Notes under the pieces: model-generated
What the model saw: only the letters and a program-made list of their open reading frames with translations
Told to the model about the DNA's origin: nothing
Databases searched by the model: none
Made by a program: the position numbers and the translations under genes
Part shown: in pieces, positions 56,341-64,000 of the stretch
Position numbering within the stretch: position 1 is the first letter of the stretch
Layout of the letters: every line of letters starts with the position of its first letter
Source: Octopus vulgaris
Lineage: Eukaryota
DNA length: 64,000 nt
Direction of reading: 5' to 3'
Assembly (NCBI GenBank): GCA_951406725.2
Contig: OX597829.1
Span: 15,996,001 to 16,060,000, forward strand

Positions 56341-56460
56341 ACGTTGACAGTATACAACCGCTCTATCGTTCCACCACCGCTCATATCTCTCTGAGATATT
56401 TAGAAATTTAATATTTCTAATTTTGGTGATGAGTGAATAAATTTCACTGAAAATATATAT

Positions 56461-56599
56461 ATATGTGCGAAGGCGTTACAAGCATCTTCAGCTAGCAGGC
56501 CATACTACTCCAGACTGATGACGAGCAAGACGCAGAAACATGCATGTCTCTGGATGCGGGCCTAGCTGTTGGGGGTGCTTGTCTCCCCTTTGCAAATAT
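56461..56599 (+). ncRNA. Type I hammerhead ribozyme motif on a long stem I
   Basis: TCCAGA-CTGATGA-(weak stem II)-GAAA-CATGCATG-TC-TCTGGA; stem I is extended by GGCC, CAGCTAG, ACAAGCATCTT and TGCGAAGG helices. Confidence 0.8.
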
Positions 56600-56795
56600 A
56601 AGGACACAGGGAATTTAGTTGAACAAATTGCCCCCCAGGACTTATTCTTTGTAAGCCTAGTACTTATTCTAGTGGTCTCTCTTGCCGAACCACTAAGTGA
56701 CAGAGACGTAAACACACCAGCTTCGGTTGTCAAGCGATGTTGGAAGAACAAACACAAACACACAAATATACACACAAACATACACACACACTTCT

Positions 56796-57291
56796 TTTGT
56801 ATTTAGATGTACACTGTATTTATATGAATAATATATAGGCTATTGACTAAATTTTTTACTTGCTAGGCCACTGGTAATGGAAATTTCTAATATTTCAGAT
56901 TACCCTTTGATACTATTAATTATTGATAAATTGTTTCTTGGATAATTTTCGAAATGAAAAAGCCGGCATTTACTGCCGACAGGGAGCTGCGCTTGCGCGG
57001 TAGATTTGAAAAATTAGAATGCATAAGCACGGGGTATATACACGATTGCCTCGTGTATATATATTTAATCTAACGTGTACCTGCTGAAGAAGACTTCGCC
57101 TAGCAAATTATTTTATTTGCTAGAAAAATCTGAAACCATTGGTCCAGGAGTTAGATGGTAAATGTTTTTATCTTTCATTCCATTCAAAATTTTAACGCTA
57201 ATAGTGGTTTGGAATTTAACTGTCCTCTCTAGCGTGCAGGTAGTCCTATGATGGATACCTCATTTGTGTTTAAATGTACACTGTATTTATA
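56796..57291 (+). mobile_element. 467-bp terminally redundant hammerhead-containing element (retrozyme or PLE-pLTR-like)
   Basis: 29-bp direct repeat (27/29 identical) at 56796-56824 and 57263-57291; one intact HHR; several hairpins; no ORF. Confidence 0.65.
57069..57155 (+). ncRNA. Type I hammerhead ribozyme, all core nucleotides and three stems intact
   Basis: TCTAAC-gtgta-CCTG-CTGAAGA-AGA...TCT-GAAA-CCATTGG-TC-CAGG-a-GTTAGA. Confidence 0.88.
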
Positions 57292-57349
57292 CATACATAC
57301 ATGCATGCAAAAATGCATGCATGCATACATGCATACATACATACATACA

Positions 57350-57419
<70 letters not shown>

Positions 57420-57625
57420 TTTACTCTTTTACTTGTTTCAGTCATTTGACTGCGGCCATGCTGGAGCACCGCCTTTTAGTCGAGCAAATCGACCCCGGGA
57501 CTTATTCTTTGTAAGCCCAGTACTTATTCTATCGGTCTCTTTTGCTGAACCGCTAAGTGACGGGGACGTAAACACACCAGCATCGGTTGTCAAGCAATGC
57601 TAGGGGGACAAACACAGACACACAA

Positions 57626-57698
<73 letters not shown>

Positions 57699-57863
57699 TA
57701 CGACAGGCTTCTTTCAGTTTCCGTCTACCAAATCCACTCACAAGGCATTGGTCGGCCCGGGGCTATATCAGAAGACACTTGCCCAAGGTACCACGCTGTG
57801 GGATTGAACCCGGAACCATGTGGTTGGTTAGCAAGCTACTTACCACACATCCACTCCTGCGCA
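57420..57863 (-). mobile_element. Full-length family B SINE
   Basis: Reverse complement of the 22514-22920 family. Confidence 0.9.
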
Positions 57864-58585
57864 TATATATTTCTAAATCTTGTACGACTCTATTTCTGTC
57901 TATCAGCCCTTTCACACTTATTCGTTCATTCCACTCTTCGTTCTTTCGTTCCCCCTCTCTCACATTTCTTTGCCTTCTCTTCTTACTCACTTCCCCCCCC
58001 CCCCCCCACTTTTCTCTTCACTGTGTCCCTGTCCTTTTTTCTCGCCCCTCCTTAATTCTTCTGTCCCGCTGCTTCTATTTCTCTTTCTTGTTTTCCCACG
58101 TGACCGGCGTTCGGCCAAGCCTGTTCTTTCTTTCTTGGTCTGACCGTTGCCCATACAACATCGATATTCTCCCCTGTGTTTGTGGAGATTTTGTATCTCT
58201 GCAGTAAGGCTTCATTTCCACACGCGCCAGCTTAATTCAACTCGTCCTTAGTCGAAACACACCAGTTGTTATGTCCTGTTATTATTTTTATTGTATTTAT
58301 ATTTGTGTAACATTGTCCGTTTTCTCCGTCCTTGTTTTTGTATGCATTCGTAGCTTTCTTCCAAGGAATCTAATGCTCTTGGCTTGGTTTTTCCTTGGGT
58401 CCGGCCAGATTGGAGCAATCTCAGGAGTAGTCAGCCAAAATTGCGGAGATAATCTGGTGCTTGACTGAGGACTGAAGGCTTCGAATGACCCGTCCTTGTT
58501 TTCTTTGTATCGTCTATCTGGATGTTTTGTTGTCCCTTTTTGAATCACCTAACTGTCCGTATGTTTTTGCATTCTTGTCCCATTT

Positions 58586-58647
<62 letters not shown>

Positions 58648-58652
<5 letters not shown>

Positions 58653-58836
58653 AGAGTTTACAAAAACAAAACAAAAGACGAAGACAGGTGGTGTACAAAA
58701 CAAACAGATGTATTAGTATAACTCTCAGGAATAGAATAAATCTTTTACGTTTCAAGCCTACGCTCTTCTACAGAAAGGGACACAGCAAAAACAAGGAGAG
58801 AAAAAAAACCTGTGTAGTGGCTAACGATCTATCATG
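58648..58836 (-). mobile_element. Short PLE-like element with variant minimal hammerhead
   Basis: Minus strand CTTT-CTGTAGAA-GAGC-GTAG-GCTT-GAAA-CG-TA-AAAG at 58741-58778; abuts (TA)n. Confidence 0.72.
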
Positions 58837-58989
58837 GCGACAGCCAGACAGAAGGGTCACACACGAGAGCGAAGAAGTAGGGGAGATAACAAAGTAAAGA
58901 TGACCCCCCACCCCAAGACGAAGGTGCGTGTGTGTATAAGAGAATATGTATGTGCGTGTGAAAGAAGGCTGGTGGCCTGGACACACACT

Positions 58990-59126
<137 letters not shown>

Positions 59127-59135
59127 GCCGTGTTG

Positions 59136-59320
59136 GATCGTTAGCCCCTACACGCAATTTTTTTCTCTCCTTGTTTCTTTTCTGTGTATCTTTCTGTCGA
59201 AGAGCGTAGACTCGAAACGTAAAAGACTTGTTTTATTTCTATTCCTGAGCACCATACTAATACATTGTTTGTTTGTACTCCACCTGCCTTCGTCTTTTGT
59301 TTATTTTCGTAAGCTTCCCG

Positions 59321-59322
<2 letters not shown>
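59136..59322 (+). mobile_element. Short PLE-like element with variant minimal hammerhead
   Basis: TCTTT-CTGTCGAA-GAG-CGTAGA-CTC-GAAA-CG-TA-AAAGA at 59189-59226; between (TA)n tracts. Confidence 0.72.
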
Positions 59323-59383
<61 letters not shown>

Positions 59384-59386
<3 letters not shown>

Positions 59387-60200
59387 TCATCATCATCATC
59401 ATCATTTAGCGTCCGCTTTCCATGCTAGCATGGGTTGGACGGTTCAACTGGGGTCTGTGAAGCCAAAAGGCTGCATCAGGCCCAGTCTGATCTGGCAGTG
59501 TTTCTACGGCTGGATGCCCTTCCTAACGCCAACCACTCCGTGAGTGTAATGGGTGCTTTTTACGTGCCACCTGCACAGGTGCTAGACGGAGCAGGCAAAC
59601 GGCCACGAACGGATGGTGCTTTTACGTCCCACCAGCACGGGGGCCAGGCGAGGCTGGCAACGGACACGAACGGATGGTGCTTTTACATGCCACCGGCACG
59701 GGGGCCAGGCGAGGCTGGCAACGGACACGAACGGATGGTGCTTTTTACGTGCCACCGGCATGAAGCCAGCCGGGGCAGCGCTGGCAACGGTCACGAACAG
59801 ATGGTTCTCTTACGTGCCACCGGCACTGGTAACTCAGCTGCAATTTCCATTGATCGATTTCGATTCTGATCCTCACTTGCCTCAACAGGTCTTCACAAGT
59901 AGAGTTTTGTGTCCCAAGAAGGGAAGGTATGCATACGTAGGCTGGCTCCATCGCATGTAGAAGGCCACGGGTTATGGTCTCACTTGTCCTGCCGGGTCTT
60001 CTCATGCACAGCATACTTCCAGAGGTCTCGGTCTCTAATCATTTCCTCAGTGAGACCTAAAGTTCGAAGGTCGTGCTTCACCACCTCGTCCCAGGTTTTC
60101 CTGGGTCTGCCTCTTCCACAGGTTCCCTCAACCGCTAGGGTGTGGCACTTTTTCACACAACTATCTTCATCCATTCTCGCCACATACCCATACCAGCGCA
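59384..60200 (-). mobile_element. RTE-like LINE 3' end with long tandem-repeat 3' UTR and (GAT)n tail
   Basis: RWYGYVARMDEDSCVKKC...GRGRPRKTWDEVV; ~60-bp UTR repeats at 59550-59825. Confidence 0.85.
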
Positions 60201-60270
60201 AATATTATACATATATATATATATATATATATATGTATAGATAGCTAGCTAGCTAGATAGATAGATAGAT

Positions 60271-60337
<67 letters not shown>

Positions 60338-60357
60338 GATAGTTAGATAGAGAGATG

Positions 60358-62849
<2,492 letters not shown>

Positions 62850-62979
62850 CTATACACTGAGAAAGTGAACGCACTTTACCGGTAAACTACCAGGTGTATA
62901 CTCTATGATTTATTAACTAATAACATATATATAAGTAGAGCAAAATCCCAGTTGTGTCCTCAAGTCCTTCTGCTTATTG

Positions 62980-63031
<52 letters not shown>

Positions 63032-63111
63032 ATTCAAAAATTAGAGTTCAAAATTAGAGTTCAAAATTAGAGTTCAAAATTTTGAAAACATTGATTGCAG
63101 AGTTTATTGTA

Positions 63112-63425
63112 TAACAAAAAAAGGAAGTTTGGAAAAATGGTCTTGGCATTATTTATTCACCATTGTGTAATGTTTCATTTTGCTAAAAGGAATTACAGAA
63201 TTTTATGTGTTAGACAGACATGTAAAGAATTTTCCATTAGAAAGTCTTCAGATAGAGAATTAAATAACATTATTTAATTTAAATAGTATTATTTAATTCT
63301 CTGTTTGAAGAATTTTTTTACATGTTTATCTAACAAGTAAAACTCATTAATTTCTGTTAACAAAACATGTGTAAAGGTGGAGTAAATAATGCCAATAAAT
63401 TTCTCAGTTTCCTGTTTTGCTTAAT
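63112..63425. repeat. Imperfect ~310-bp inverted repeat (foldback)
   Basis: 63143-63161 pairs with 63376-63395; 63245-63267 pairs with 63289-63311; intermediate blocks also pair. Confidence 0.85.
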
Positions 63426-63444
63426 ATATAAATATATATATACG

Positions 63445-63930
63445 AGTGTGATCATTGACAGAGCGGCTAACCGGCTTCAATGCCAGTGGCACGTAAAAGG
63501 CACCATTCGAGCGTGATCGTTACCAGTGTCGCCTTACTGGCACTCGAGCCCCATGCTAGTAGAGTATTAAGAGCACCATCCGAGCATGATCATTGCCAGA
63601 GCGGATATCTGGCCTCTGTGCCAATGACACGTAAAAGACACCATTCGAATATGGTCATTACCAGCATCGCCTTATTGGCACCTCTGCCGGTGGCATGTGT
63701 AAAAGATTCGAGCAAAGCTGCTGCCAGTACCGCCTTACTGACCCCGTGCCAGTGGCACGTAAAAAGCACCCACTACACTCTGGGAGTGGTTGGCATTAGG
63801 AAGGGCATCCAGCTGTAGAAACTCTGCCAGATCAAGATTGGAGCCTGGTGCAGCCATCTGGTTCGCCAGCCCTCAGTCATTCATCCAACCCATGCTAGCA
63901 TGGAAAGTGGATGTTAAACGATGATGATGA
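63445..63930 (+). mobile_element. 3'-UTR fragment related to the 59384-60200 family, with internal tandem repeats and (GAT)n tail
   Basis: Shared end AACCCATGCTAGCATGGAAAG...AAACGATGATG; repeated TGCCAGTGGCACGTAAAA units. Confidence 0.8.
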
Positions 63931-64000
63931 TATATTATACAATACAAATAAAGTAATATTTTTTTTTATGTAGAATTTCCATTAGAACAGTAGAAATACT

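Noticed and set aside
63031-63082. Short direct repeats (TTCAAAATTAGAG-like), and the 59550-59825 units, as a CRISPR-like array
   Set aside because: They are contiguous tandem repeats without unique spacers, in eukaryotic DNA with no cas genes.

Overview
This is repeat-saturated, AT-rich eukaryotic non-coding DNA (intronic or intergenic). The very high microsatellite load and the tRNA-derived SINE families point to an octopus genome; that is an inference from recognition, not a database match. I find no intact host protein-coding gene, and almost all long ORFs in the track are translations of microsatellites. The recognisable content is: dozens of tRNA-derived SINEs (at least four families); fragments of R4/Dong-like RLE LINEs, RTE, CR1 and Penelope-like elements (PLEs); a young 5'-truncated Tx1/L1-group LINE inserted in (GATA)n; and decayed Mutator, Tc1/mariner and Helitron transposons with MITEs. 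The most interesting signal is a dense set of type I hammerhead ribozyme (HHR) motifs. One is fully intact (57069-57155) and sits inside a 467-bp terminally redundant, retrozyme-like unit. One caps a ~135-nt rod (56461-56599). One pair lies in a ~350-bp palindrome (36305-36656). A multi-copy ~190-bp element carries a shared non-canonical core (CUGUNGAA). Separately, the dominant SINE shares its 3' tail with the Tx1-like LINE and forms multimers at one fixed junction. All alignments and folds were done by eye, so element boundaries are approximate unless a TSD is quoted.
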